Origin: an uncultured Patescibacteria group bacterium
GTDB taxonomy: Bacteria; Patescibacteriota; Microgenomatia; UBA1400; PJMF01
Reading direction: 5' to 3'
Assembly: GCA_905478415.1 (NCBI GenBank)
Contig: CAJQIG010000005.1
Location: 65,598-129,597 of the forward strand
DNA: 64,000 nt
In this document: positions 40,086 through 51,483 of the stretch, piece by piece
Numbering within the stretch: position 1 is the first letter of the stretch
Layout of the letters: each line of letters starts with the position of its first letter
Notes under the pieces: model-generated
The model's input: the letters and a program-made list of their open reading frames with translations, nothing else
What the model was told of the DNA's origin: nothing
Databases searched by the model: none
Position numbers and translations under genes: made by a program

Positions 40086-40116
40086 AAAAAGTCCCGATGG
40101 TTGAGGTCGGGACTTT
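40086..40116 (-). terminator. Terminator after greA
   Basis: aaagtcccga...tcgggacttt. Confidence 0.7.
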
Positions 40117-40135
40117 GAGTTTTTTTGTAGTGTAT

Positions 40136-40615
40136 TTATTTTATTTCTACGATTGTGTACTCAATTTCCCCGGCTGGAGCCTTGACCATGACCTTTGCAT
40201 CCTTCTTCTTTCCGACAAGAGCTTTCCCGAGTGGTGAGATACTCGAAATCTTATTTTCGAGTGGGTTTGCTTCAAACTCTCCAACTAAATAGAATGTTTT
40301 CTTTGCGGAAGAACCTTTTTTTGTTACCACAATAGTTGAACCAACACCAACAGTACTTTGACTTCTGGTATTTTTGATGACCACTGCCCTTGAGAGCACA
40401 TGTTCGATTTCTTCAATTCTGGTCTCAATAAATTCTTGTTCTTCTTTGGCACTGTGGTATTCTGCATTTTCAGACAGATCACCATATTCGCGAGCTTTTG
40501 CAACACGCTTAATGACAGCCATAAGCTTTATCTCTTTAAGTTCAGATAACTCAGCCTGGAGTTCCTCAAGACCATCTTTGGTTAATTTAATTGTGTTTGT
40601 GTCTTCTTTTGGCAT
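40136..40615 (-). CDS. greA: Transcription elongation factor GreA
   Basis: GDLSENAEY and ISSISPLGKAL. Confidence 0.95.
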   Translation of the reverse strand: MPKEDTNTIKLTKDGLEELQAELSELKEIKLMAVIKRVAKAREYGDLSENAEYHSAKEEQEFIETRIEEIEHVLSRAVVIKNTRSQSTVGVGSTIVVTKKGSSAKKTFYLVGEFEANPLENKISSISPLGKALVGKKKDAKVMVKAPAGEIEYTIVEIK

Positions 40616-40675
40616 AATGTTCCTAGTATACAGTGTCTTTTCTCTCTGACAAGCAGAAAAGATAGGTATGCTTTT

Positions 40676-41092
40676 TTATATTGTCGAACCTCGTTTTTGA
40701 GCAACTCTGATTTCGAGCATGGCTCTTTTAAGGGAAGCTTCTGCCAAGATGAGTTCGCGCCTATCCTCTGATAATTTCATAGTTTCTTTAGCGGCTGCAA
40801 TGGCTTCTTCGGCTTGTTTAATACTAATATCACGGACTAGCGTAGCACTATCAACCATAACTGTCACTTCGTTATTTGGATTCATGGTTAGAAACCCATC
40901 AGACACTACTAACGAAGATTCAGTATCATTTGCTATATAACGGAGTTCTCCAGTGATTAACTTGGTAAAAAGCGGAATATGTCGAGCCAAAATGGTAATC
41001 TCTCCCTCTGTTGTAACAGCCGAAACAGACTCAACCTCAGTTTCGAGCAGTTTCTTTTCTTGTGATACAACAATGAGCTTCAGTTTTTGCAT
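40676..41092 (-). CDS. atpC: ATP synthase epsilon subunit
   Basis: GEITILARH; operon position. Confidence 0.9.
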   Translation of the reverse strand: MQKLKLIVVSQEKKLLETEVESVSAVTTEGEITILARHIPLFTKLITGELRYIANDTESSLVVSDGFLTMNPNNEVTVMVDSATLVRDISIKQAEEAIAAAKETMKLSEDRRELILAEASLKRAMLEIRVAQKRGSTI

Positions 41093-41100
41093 GATGAGTG

Positions 41101-42519
<1,419 letters not shown>

Positions 42520-42534
42520 TTAGAGTAATCGAGG

Positions 42535-43416
42535 TTACTGTGCTTTCTTTGTATCTTGTGCTAATAGGGCGGTTACTACGTCAAGAAGCTCTCCAGTGAT
42601 ACTAGCTTGACGTGATTTATTGTAAACCAAACGAAGGTCGTCCATAAGTTCTCCAGCATTTTCACTTGCATTCTTCATGCTTACCATACGAGCACTATGC
42701 TCACTGGCTCGAGCCTCAAGAAATGCTTGGTAAATACTGTTTTCTAAGTAATAGGGTAAGAGATCGCCTAAAATGGCTTCCGCGCTTGGTTCAAAAATAT
42801 ATTCTGCTTCATTTACTTTATCTACAAGAGCTTCTTCGGAAGACTCAATTTTAGGAAGTGGCAGTACTTGCTGGACTTTAACGTTTTGCACCAGTGTGGT
42901 TACAAAGTCCATATAAATAAGAGACACTGATTTAAATTCTTTGTCTAAAAATCGTTCTTGAATGAGCGCGCTGATGGCAATAGTATCTGATGAAACAATT
43001 TGATCTGGTAGATCAGTAAACTGTGCATACATATCAATACCTGTACTACGAGCAAAGGCGACAGCTTTTTTTCCAATAGCAATAATTTTTCCATTGGGAT
43101 TTTTTTTCAACCAGATTATTATTTCTTTAAACAAAGTGGGATTTAGACTGCCACAAAGGCCCTTATCGGTTGAGATAACAACGGCAACATCATCGCCTTC
43201 AGGATGTTCGGTTAAGAGAGGATGGGCTGCAGCCCCTGAAGCGGCAGCAAGTGATTCAAGTGAGTCATGAAGTGCTTCGGTGTAGGGTCTCGTCGCCAAA
43301 GCTGCTGCTTGAGCACGTCTCATCTTACTCGCTGAAACCATTTCCATGGCTTTAGTGATTTTTGAAATGTTACCCGCAGTTTTGATTCTTTGGACAATTT
43401 GTCGTGTATTCGGCAT
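42535..43416 (-). CDS. atpG: ATP synthase gamma subunit
   Basis: ITKAMEMVS, DKGLCG and RQASIT. Confidence 0.95.
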   Translation of the reverse strand: MPNTRQIVQRIKTAGNISKITKAMEMVSASKMRRAQAAALATRPYTEALHDSLESLAAASGAAAHPLLTEHPEGDDVAVVISTDKGLCGSLNPTLFKEIIIWLKKNPNGKIIAIGKKAVAFARSTGIDMYAQFTDLPDQIVSSDTIAISALIQERFLDKEFKSVSLIYMDFVTTLVQNVKVQQVLPLPKIESSEEALVDKVNEAEYIFEPSAEAILGDLLPYYLENSIYQAFLEARASEHSARMVSMKNASENAGELMDDLRLVYNKSRQASITGELLDVVTALLAQDTKKAQ

Positions 43417-43432
43417 ACAGAATCCGTACTAA

Positions 43433-44968
43433 CTACTCCTCTACTACTGGAACTAAGTCTGGGTGAGTGTCATTAAAAGCTTTGATAGCACTCTGAAGTT
43501 CTTCTTCTGTTGACTCGATTATTTTTTGTTCTTTTGCAATGCTCTCTAAAATCTGTGGATAGGAAGAATACATGAACGTTACGTACTCACTTTCCCATTT
43601 CTGCATATTTTCAATTGCGACACCGTCTAGGTAGCCCTTTACAGCAGCGTAGATAACAATGACTTGTTCTTCCATTTTGAGTGGTGCATCCCATCCTTGT
43701 TTTAAAATGGCATTCACATGCTCACCTCGGTCGAGAATGGCTTTGGTTTTATCGTCAAGGTCAGAACTAAATTGAGCAAAAGCTTGCAGTTCTCTAAACT
43801 GAGCCAGATCAAGTTTCATAGTTCCTGCAACTTGTTTCATAGCTTTTCTTTGGGCAGCTGATCCAACACGAGAAACTGAAAGTCCAACGTTAATAGCTGG
43901 TTTCATTCCCGAATTAAAAAGGTCAGCTTCTAGATAGATCTGTCCATCAGTAATACTAATAACATTCGTTGGGATATATGCTGAAACGTCATTTGCTTGT
44001 GTTTCAATAATAGGGAGTGCCGTTACTGAGCCACCGCCATTTTCATCATTAAGACGACAGGCTCTTTCTAAGAGTCTAGAGTGTAAGTAGAAAACATCAC
44101 CAGGATAGGCTTCACGGCCAGACGGTCTACGAAGGAGTAATGAGATTTCACGATATGCTTGGGCATGCTTTGTTAGGTCATCAAAGATAATTAAAACATC
44201 TTTACCTTTTTCTAAGAAGTACTCGGCAATCGACTGACCTGCGTAAGGTGCTAAAAATTGTTCGGCAGCTGTCGAAGATGCCGTTGCAGCCACAATAGTA
44301 GTGTAGCTCATAGCTCCTCTATCCTCGAGAACTTGAATTGTTTGAGCTAGTGATGAGGCTTTTTGACCAATACAGACGTAGACACAGATAACATCTTGAT
44401 CAGCTTGGTTCAGAATAGTTCCAAGGGCAACTGCAGTTTTTCCAGTTGAACGATCACCAATAATTAACTCTCTTTGACCACGACCAATTGGAATCATGGC
44501 ATCAATAGCTTTGATACCTGTTTGCATCGGTACAGAGACTGACTTTCGAGGCATGATGCCAGGAGCTTTTTTTTCCATGAGCATGTATTTATCTACATGA
44601 ATTTCTTCTTTTCCATCTACTGCTTGACCAAGGGCATCAACCACACGACCTAAAATTGAGTCAGCAGCGCCAATTGAGAGAATGCGACCGGTTCTTTTAA
44701 CAGTAGTACCAGCCGAGAGGTGTCCAGCATCACCAAGAACAACAATTCCTGTTGAGTCTTTCTCAAGATTAAGTGCCAGACCAAATTGCTCTTTTCCAAG
44801 ATCAATCAATTCACCAGATTGGACATCGTCGAGTCCTTTGACTTTTACCACTCCGTCTCCAAAAGACATAACGGTTCCTACTGCTTCAGAGTGAACAGTT
44901 GTGTCGATTTTATTAACAAGATTTGCCAAGGAGTGAGTAAATGCTGGTGGTGTCTGTTGTTTTTTCAT
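43433..44968 (-). CDS. atpA: ATP synthase alpha subunit
   Basis: GRGQRELIIGDR.TGKT and GREAYPGDVFYLHSRLLER; start may be TTG 44983. Confidence 0.97.
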   Translation of the reverse strand: MKKQQTPPAFTHSLANLVNKIDTTVHSEAVGTVMSFGDGVVKVKGLDDVQSGELIDLGKEQFGLALNLEKDSTGIVVLGDAGHLSAGTTVKRTGRILSIGAADSILGRVVDALGQAVDGKEEIHVDKYMLMEKKAPGIMPRKSVSVPMQTGIKAIDAMIPIGRGQRELIIGDRSTGKTAVALGTILNQADQDVICVYVCIGQKASSLAQTIQVLEDRGAMSYTTIVAATASSTAAEQFLAPYAGQSIAEYFLEKGKDVLIIFDDLTKHAQAYREISLLLRRPSGREAYPGDVFYLHSRLLERACRLNDENGGGSVTALPIIETQANDVSAYIPTNVISITDGQIYLEADLFNSGMKPAINVGLSVSRVGSAAQRKAMKQVAGTMKLDLAQFRELQAFAQFSSDLDDKTKAILDRGEHVNAILKQGWDAPLKMEEQVIVIYAAVKGYLDGVAIENMQKWESEYVTFMYSSYPQILESIAKEQKIIESTEEELQSAIKAFNDTHPDLVPVVEE

Positions 44969-44987
44969 TGGAGTTGCTTTCAATATT

Positions 44988-45227
44988 CTATAACTGGTTC
45001 AACAGCTGTGATCTAATTTTTGCCAATTTACCTTGCACAGTGCCATCAAACTCAACTGAGTTAATTGTCAGTTTAATGCCACCGATAAGAGCTGGATTCA
45101 CAACCTTTTCGATAGTTACAGATGAAACGTCATACTTTTTTTTGACAGCAGTACTAATAGTTTCCACTTGTACTTTTGTAAGCTCAAGAGCGCTGGTTGC
45201 AATGACGGTTATGGTAGTTGTTTTCAT
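44988..45227 (-). CDS. atpH: ATP synthase delta subunit, C-terminal domain only
   Basis: 79 aa; VNPALIGGI and DGTVQGKL. Confidence 0.85.
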   Translation of the reverse strand: MKTTTITVIATSALELTKVQVETISTAVKKKYDVSSVTIEKVVNPALIGGIKLTINSVEFDGTVQGKLAKIRSQLLNQL

Positions 45228-45236
45228 ACGTTACTT

Positions 45237-45722
45237 TTAGAGGGCTTTAATGATTTCTTTTAGCTCTGTATCAATAAGTTTCTGAGCATTCTTTTTATCT
45301 AGTGTCGAAGCGATTACTTTTTCTGAGATAGAAAGAACAGCTTCGGCCATATCAGTTTGTGACTTTTTGAAAAGAGCAATTTTCTCGGTTTCCCATTGAG
45401 CTTGAAGTTCAGTTGTCAAAGCTTTGGCTTTAACTTTGGCATCAGCAATGATTGCTTCTTTTCGCTCAAGAGCTTCAGCTTGGGCTGCTTTCACAATTTC
45501 ACTTCGCTCTTTTTTCAATGAGGCTTCAGTTAATTTGCGATTTTTTTCAATTTCAGCATATGCTGTTTGTGCCTTAGTAGCAGCCTTTTCACCTTCTGCT
45601 ATTCGTTTTGCTCTCTCATCGAATATTTTGAGAACAGGTTTGAATAGAAGAAATCCGACTGCACCAACTACAACAGAAAAGTTAATGATCTGAAATAGAA
45701 TCTGAGTGAGTTGTATATCCAT
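45237..45722 (-). CDS. atpF: ATP synthase subunit b
   Basis: QIINF TM, KPV...ERAKRI, coiled coil. Confidence 0.9.
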   Translation of the reverse strand: MDIQLTQILFQIINFSVVVGAVGFLLFKPVLKIFDERAKRIAEGEKAATKAQTAYAEIEKNRKLTEASLKKERSEIVKAAQAEALERKEAIIADAKVKAKALTTELQAQWETEKIALFKKSQTDMAEAVLSISEKVIASTLDKKNAQKLIDTELKEIIKAL

Positions 45723-45757
45723 GAGGGGTTTCCTTTTTTTTGACGATTTCTATGTGT

Positions 45758-45985
<228 letters not shown>

Positions 45986-45994
45986 CTACTTTCT

Positions 45995-46894
45995 TTAATG
46001 TTGGTCATGGCTTTGGGTGGCCATGTTAAAAAATACTAATGATAACATTGCAAAAACGAGTGCTTGAATAAATCCAACAAACAGCTCGAGTCCATAAAAT
46101 GGCATTGGAACGATGAGTGGAATAAGCGAAGAAATAACTACGAGTAGTACCTCTCCGGCAAATATGTTTCCAAAGAGACGGAAAGCAAAAGAGATAACTT
46201 TTGCAAATTCTGAAACCAGTTCCAAAATACCCACAAAGAACATAATAGGGCTTGAGAAGTTAACATATTTTTTAAAGTAGCTGAGTCCGAGCGCGTTGAC
46301 TCCAATTACTTGAGTAACAAAGACAGAAATAAGCGCGAGTGCGATAGTAGTGTTTAGATCTGCGGTGCCTGGGCGGAAGATTGGAATAGCGGTAACAGCG
46401 TGCTCTTCTGCAGCGGCAGTTTCGTTTCCTGTTTCTAGTTCTTCATTAGAAATAACAAGAGACTCCTGAGTATGGGCATCATCAATTATTTCAGTTTCAG
46501 CGGCATGCACTTGTTCTACAATACTGGCATGTTCTTCCGTGGTAGTCTCTCCTTCGAGAATGCGAATTGTTCCTACCCCTGGAAGAAGTCCCAACCAGTT
46601 ATTGAGTAGAATCCAAAGAAGAAATGAACCGATAAAAGGTAAAAAAAGACGGGTCTTTTTCAAGTCACCCGTTACGCCGTGTACTAAGTTGTGGAGGGAT
46701 TCAACAATCCATTCTGCAAAGTTTTGAAGACCTCTTGGGTTTGAAGTATTTTTCAATTGCGTCCTAACAAGGAGGCAAAAAGAAATAATGAGGCCGCTGA
46801 CAACCAAACTAGTTAACATTGAGTTGGTGATTGCAATACCACCAATGGAAAAAAGGGTCTCAGCTGAGATAGAAATATGTAACTCGGCAGCCAT
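45995..46894 (-). CDS. atpB: ATP synthase subunit a
   Basis: NWLGLLP, TADLNTT, FRLFGNIFAGE and IQALVF. Confidence 0.95.
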   Translation of the reverse strand: MAAELHISISAETLFSIGGIAITNSMLTSLVVSGLIISFCLLVRTQLKNTSNPRGLQNFAEWIVESLHNLVHGVTGDLKKTRLFLPFIGSFLLWILLNNWLGLLPGVGTIRILEGETTTEEHASIVEQVHAAETEIIDDAHTQESLVISNEELETGNETAAAEEHAVTAIPIFRPGTADLNTTIALALISVFVTQVIGVNALGLSYFKKYVNFSSPIMFFVGILELVSEFAKVISFAFRLFGNIFAGEVLLVVISSLIPLIVPMPFYGLELFVGFIQALVFAMLSLVFFNMATQSHDQH

Positions 46895-47038
46895 GATTGT
46901 GATCTTTTCTGTGTTTACTTACTAATTTAACAACAAAAAGAACAACAGACACACTGTGTGTTTAAGTATACATAATGTGTATGTCGGTCAGACAATTTGA
47001 ATTATATCGTTCTTTTTTATGAGAACAAGGGACAAAAA

Positions 47039-48880
47039 TTATTCGGCAAGTACAACTACAATGTCATACTTTTCTGTTGTGTCCTCTACATCCTTAGTGT
47101 CTGTGTCTATTGTGAAGCTCAACTCAGTTGCGTCTTCAACGTATTTTTTGAGTCCTGGGATTTCTTCCGCTACCAAGAGGTAGTTGCCTTCATCATAGTC
47201 GCCCTTTGCATTTGCCGCATCAATGGTAGTGAAATCAGCATCCGAAAGAGAGCTTTTTATTGTTCCGGCATATCCGGCTTTTGTGGTTGCATTAACAACG
47301 AGAACGGTATATTCATCTGGAACAAAAGCTACTTCTTCAATTTCAGCCGATGCACTGGCTTCCTCTGTAGTTTCTGGAGCTTCCACTACTACAGGTGCTG
47401 GAGTAAGTTCTGTGCCGTTCTGTGTGAATTTAAGAAGACCAAGTCCTACACCAACTCCTACAGCAACGGTTGCAAAGAAGACAGCTAAAGTGATAAAGAC
47501 CATTTTCAACATATTTCCTACTCCTGACTTATTTTTAATTACTGTCCCTTTCACAGCCGAACTAGTAGTTACTGGTGATTTTTTTTCATGAGTCATGGTG
47601 GCACCTTCTTTAGAAAATTTTCTTAGGTCAATACCCTCTGTAGAGGGCTCTTCTGCAGCAGGTGTTTCAACTTTTTCTTTTGTAGCTGTGGTGGTTTCTT
47701 CAACGTCTTCCTCGCTTTTCGAAGTTTCTTCTACTGCCTTGATTTTTTCTACGGGTGTAGTTTCTGGTTCTTTTTCAGCTTCGGTTTCAACTTTTTCTTC
47801 ATCTTCTTTGATAGGTGCACTTAAATCGAGTTTCTTAACTTGTGCTCCTGTCGAAAGAGCTGCTCCACTCTCAGTTTTTTCTGGAAGTGTTGGGGTTGGT
47901 AACTCATCTTTTTCGGTATTTGAAGTTTTGGGCATATCACTCTCTTTCTTTTTTGATGACACTGCATCATCGGTCTCACTGTTTTCTTTGGTAATTTGAT
48001 TTGAAGCCTTGGTAATAATTTCTAAATCAGAATCAAAAGGTTTCTCAAGCTTGAATGATGGAGTGAGGTAATCAGGGATTGAGAGCGTTTTCATACCTGA
48101 TTCAATAATTTGCTTAATATATGAAGGCATCTTAGCGTCCTCTTCCTTGAAAGATGCAAGTTGCTGAATAGGGAGCGTAGCTTTGAGTTGATCTGTCAGT
48201 GTCTCCTCTACAAGCGAGTTTGAAAGCAAGTAAATAGTTTGAATGCTTGGTTCACCACCCTTGAGTGTTTTAATTGTTTCGACAATGTTGGGAATTTCAT
48301 CAAGTTCGGCGACAGTTGTTTGGTCAATGCCAATATAGTGTAAGGCTGAGTAGAGTTTACTACCAACCTGAAGGATGCTAATGGACGGTTCTAAAGAAAT
48401 AATTGATTTTGAGGTCCAACTCAGAGAGTTGATACCTTCAATACTAATGTTGTGTTCGGCAGCACTTACTCTGATTGCGGCAAGAACACTTTTTTCAAGT
48501 GCAGAAATTTGAACTCTAGATTCACCTTTAAATTGAGTGAGGACAAACGAATTTACATAGTGGGTGTCAGTAGTGAGTCCTAAAGATGGCAAGAGTGTTT
48601 CTTTAAGATGAGCTATAACTTTTGTCTCGTCAGTTTCTTTAACAGTGACAATAGTATTAGTAAACAAAAAATCAGGTAAAACTAGGGATGTGAATGTTTC
48701 TCCCTTAAATTTACTGAAAAGTTTTTCAATATTCTCGGGTAGAAACTCAGTGTCATTTAAGTATTCACCATTTATTTGACGAAATGACTGTACTGCAAAG
48801 GTGAACTCTTTTTTAGTGGGCAGGAGCTCTGCATAATAGGTAACGTCTGGAAGAATGTAGAGAAGTTTGTTGCTTGGCAT
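47039..48880 (-). CDS. Membrane protein: cytoplasmic N-domain, acidic linker, TM and LytR_C-like domain
   Basis: C-terminal VLVVNATTKAGYAG...DIVVVL. Confidence 0.7.
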   Translation of the reverse strand: MPSNKLLYILPDVTYYAELLPTKKEFTFAVQSFRQINGEYLNDTEFLPENIEKLFSKFKGETFTSLVLPDFLFTNTIVTVKETDETKVIAHLKETLLPSLGLTTDTHYVNSFVLTQFKGESRVQISALEKSVLAAIRVSAAEHNISIEGINSLSWTSKSIISLEPSISILQVGSKLYSALHYIGIDQTTVAELDEIPNIVETIKTLKGGEPSIQTIYLLSNSLVEETLTDQLKATLPIQQLASFKEEDAKMPSYIKQIIESGMKTLSIPDYLTPSFKLEKPFDSDLEIITKASNQITKENSETDDAVSSKKKESDMPKTSNTEKDELPTPTLPEKTESGAALSTGAQVKKLDLSAPIKEDEEKVETEAEKEPETTPVEKIKAVEETSKSEEDVEETTTATKEKVETPAAEEPSTEGIDLRKFSKEGATMTHEKKSPVTTSSAVKGTVIKNKSGVGNMLKMVFITLAVFFATVAVGVGVGLGLLKFTQNGTELTPAPVVVEAPETTEEASASAEIEEVAFVPDEYTVLVVNATTKAGYAGTIKSSLSDADFTTIDAANAKGDYDEGNYLLVAEEIPGLKKYVEDATELSFTIDTDTKDVEDTTEKYDIVVVLAE

Positions 48881-49049
48881 GCGTACTGGGTATCCTTACT
48901 TAACTAGTAGTATCTATAATTTTGGTCTGAATTTCAAGTGTCTTTCTGGCTTTAGTCCATAGTGCGATTACTACCTCTTTAATATTCGAGTGTTTTGAGA
49001 TAAAATACTTCAGTTCTTTATGTTTCTATTTAGTTTAGAAAATAAGAGT

Positions 49050-49123
49050 GGGTCTGTAGCTCAGTCGGTTAGAGCGCCAGCCTTTTAAGCTGGGCGTCCC
49101 GGGTTCGAGTCCCGGCGGACCCA
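49050..49123 (+). tRNA. tRNA-Lys(TTT)
   Basis: Anticodon arm CCAGC-CTTTTAA-GCTGG; GTTCGAGTCC. Confidence 0.95.
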
Positions 49124-49164
49124 CATACAAAAAAACAGCCAAGCGGCTGTTTTTTTGTATGTGG
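49121..49164 (+). terminator. Terminator with a perfect 20-bp inverted repeat after tRNA-Lys
   Basis: ccacatacaaaaaaacagcc-aagc-ggctgtttttttgtatgtgg. Confidence 0.8.
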
Positions 49165-49268
49165 ATGTGTCATGGAATGAGACTGCCTGGTTCGCTATGG
49201 CAGTGAAATAGTAGCATTCAGTAGATCTGCCATCGCGCAGGATCGAAGCGACGAGCAGTCCCGGCGGA
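49165..49268 (+). mobile_element. tRNA-linked non-coding element plus a 12-bp duplicate of the tRNA-Lys 3' region
   Basis: agtcccggcgga at 49108..49119 and 49257..49268; internal hairpin cgctatggcag/ctgccatcgcg. Confidence 0.55.
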
Positions 49269-49316
49269 AGGACATTCTGTTTTAGCTCAAACTAAGGATG
49301 GTAGAATATAGCATAT

Positions 49317-50162
49317 ATGCCAGAACTTCCCGAAGTTGAAACCGTTGTTAGAAGATTACAACAGGTTTTACCCGGTAAAACTATCAACTCTCTCACAGTA
49401 CTCAAAGAAAAATCATTTGTAGGCGACCAATTTTTGGTGATGGAAAAAACTATTACTGAGGTTTCGCGTAGAGCAAAGCTTATTCGCATCCACCTTTCTG
49501 ATAGCACTAGTTTATTAGTGCACCTAAAAATGACTGGTCAACTTATTTATGTGGATGACCAGGAACGGCTGGGAGGTGGTCACCCTACTTTAGATTGGGT
49601 CCAAGAGTTACCAAGCAATCACACCCGGGTTTGGTTTGACCTTGGTTCTCATGCTGCTTTGTACTTTAATGATCAAAGAATCTTTGGATGGGTGAAGCAT
49701 ATGGATGAAGAAGCAGTCCAAAGGGAGTATGCCAAGTATGCTCCAGATGTTATTGATGATGTAGTAACACCAGATTATTTTTTTTCTAAACTTCAGCGCA
49801 CAGCAAGACCTATTAAAGTAGCTATTTTAGATTCTAAAATTATGAGTGGTCTTGGAAACATTTATGCCTGCGATGCATTAAACCTGGCCAGCATACATCC
49901 GCTTCGTCCGGGGAAATCACTTTCTTTTGAAGAGGCTGAGAATCTTCTAGATGCTTCAAAGCAGGTCTTGGAGAAAGGTATTGCACTTGGTGGAGCTACG
50001 ATTGAGCATTTTCGTCATGTTGATGGGTTTTCTGGAGATTACCAGAAAGAAGTGCTGGTGTATGGACGTGAAGGTGAGCCTTGTTTTAATTGTGGGTCAG
50101 CTCTCGTGAAAGAAAAAATTGCTGGTCGAGGCACTTATTATTGTTCAGGGTGTCAAAAGTAG
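49317..50162 (+). CDS. mutM: Formamidopyrimidine-DNA glycosylase
   Basis: MPELPEVE, HLKMTG, GLGNIY and a C-terminal zinc finger. Confidence 0.97.
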   Translation: MPELPEVETVVRRLQQVLPGKTINSLTVLKEKSFVGDQFLVMEKTITEVSRRAKLIRIHLSDSTSLLVHLKMTGQLIYVDDQERLGGGHPTLDWVQELPSNHTRVWFDLGSHAALYFNDQRIFGWVKHMDEEAVQREYAKYAPDVIDDVVTPDYFFSKLQRTARPIKVAILDSKIMSGLGNIYACDALNLASIHPLRPGKSLSFEEAENLLDASKQVLEKGIALGGATIEHFRHVDGFSGDYQKEVLVYGREGEPCFNCGSALVKEKIAGRGTYYCSGCQK

Positions 50163-50401
50163 TCAATCTCATCCTATAAGTCTATATAATTGGGTTATTA
50201 TGATATAATAAGCTACTTTTTGAGTATCTATAACACTCTGTTTGAAAAGTGTGTTCCTTAATAATTCTTGGAGAGAAGCATTTGGCGATGATTGCTGTGG
50301 ATGCCATTGTGTATCTTAGGGCGATCGTCGTTAAAGCTTCTTTCTTTTTTACTATAATTTCAATAACTTCAATCAAGAGTTTTTAACTCGAGGAGAATTA
50401 A

Positions 50402-51421
50402 ATGAATTCTGTATATCAATCTGAAGCTCCCTATGCTTGGTCGTCGCCTTTAGTGGCGGCAGCAACTGGGGTTTTTGCCCCTGATTTTTTATCGAGACAG
50501 CTTGCTTTGCAAGGTGAGGGGGAATTTGCCCCCTATGCAGACTGGCATTTCACAAATAATGAAGGTCAGAAGGCCTTTTTCTCGCCTAGGCATTATCCTC
50601 AAGCATTGGCGCTGGCTCAGCGCCTTCTGGCCGAAGATAAACCGGAGCTGATCGGAATGGCAAGTAATGACGTAGCCATTCTGAACTGGCTTTTCGCTCA
50701 GAACGGTTTTCCGAATATGAAGTTGGACCCGGTTGGACCAGACGGCATGGCTATTGCTACTATCTTGCGGCTGCTTCGTCATTTTCCAGAAGTTGTACAG
50801 AAGGGTTATAGCTTGAATGAGACGATGCCGCATGAGGCATTTCGGTTCCCAAGGGGAACATTTCAAGTCTATAACCTGGATCAGAACCTCCTGATAGAAA
50901 TCGGCTTCCCAAATGGGGACCGATTTTATTTGAGCAATGGTTGGACCTCCTTAGAGGGGCCAGCTCTCTCGAATTTCGTTGTTACTCAGATGAGTAAGAG
51001 GAGCATGGTGCTCCCTTCTCAGGGGTTCAATGGATTGGTTCTACCAAGTGTTAGTTTTGAGATCCCGGTTGATGTCAGCTTTTTCTTAGGTTTAGAAGTG
51101 AGAGATCTGGCCGGCGTCGCTCGATGGGTGACTCAGGCCATTAAACAGGTCAAGTTTAATATGGGGCCGAGAGGCATCATTTTTGAGGCCGCCTTTGGTA
51201 TGGCAGCAGAGATGTGTTTATCAGAAACAAAGTTGCCAGAACCTGGGGACATTGTGTTTGACGAAAAATTTGTTGGCTGGTTTATTTCAGGCACAAACGT
51301 TATCTGTGACAAGTTCCCGACTTGGGTTATTAAAGTACCAGTGGCGGCTTTCTCGATAGAGGATATTGAGATTCCCTCTAAGTTGCCGACCTACGAGGTT
51401 CCAGTCATTGATGAAAAGTAA
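50402..51421 (+). CDS. Hypothetical protein, possibly a divergent serpin fold
   Basis: GAGGAG RBS; C-terminal pattern resembles serpin s2B to s4B; GC-richer than neighbours. Confidence 0.65.
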   Translation: MNSVYQSEAPYAWSSPLVAAATGVFAPDFLSRQLALQGEGEFAPYADWHFTNNEGQKAFFSPRHYPQALALAQRLLAEDKPELIGMASNDVAILNWLFAQNGFPNMKLDPVGPDGMAIATILRLLRHFPEVVQKGYSLNETMPHEAFRFPRGTFQVYNLDQNLLIEIGFPNGDRFYLSNGWTSLEGPALSNFVVTQMSKRSMVLPSQGFNGLVLPSVSFEIPVDVSFFLGLEVRDLAGVARWVTQAIKQVKFNMGPRGIIFEAAFGMAAEMCLSETKLPEPGDIVFDEKFVGWFISGTNVICDKFPTWVIKVPVAAFSIEDIEIPSKLPTYEVPVIDEK

Positions 51422-51435
51422 TGTAAATTAGAAAG

Positions 51436-51464
51436 AAAGCGCCAGGCAATTTGCCTGGCGCTTT
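51436..51464. terminator. Bidirectional terminator hairpin, identical to 25467..25495
   Basis: 29/29 match; lies between convergent genes. Confidence 0.8.
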
Positions 51465-51483
51465 TTCGTGTCAAAAAGTGTTG

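Noticed and set aside
46960-46995. dif-like site (CATAATGTGTATGT)
   Set aside because: The XerD arm (TTATGTTAAAT) does not match; more likely part of the atp promoter region.
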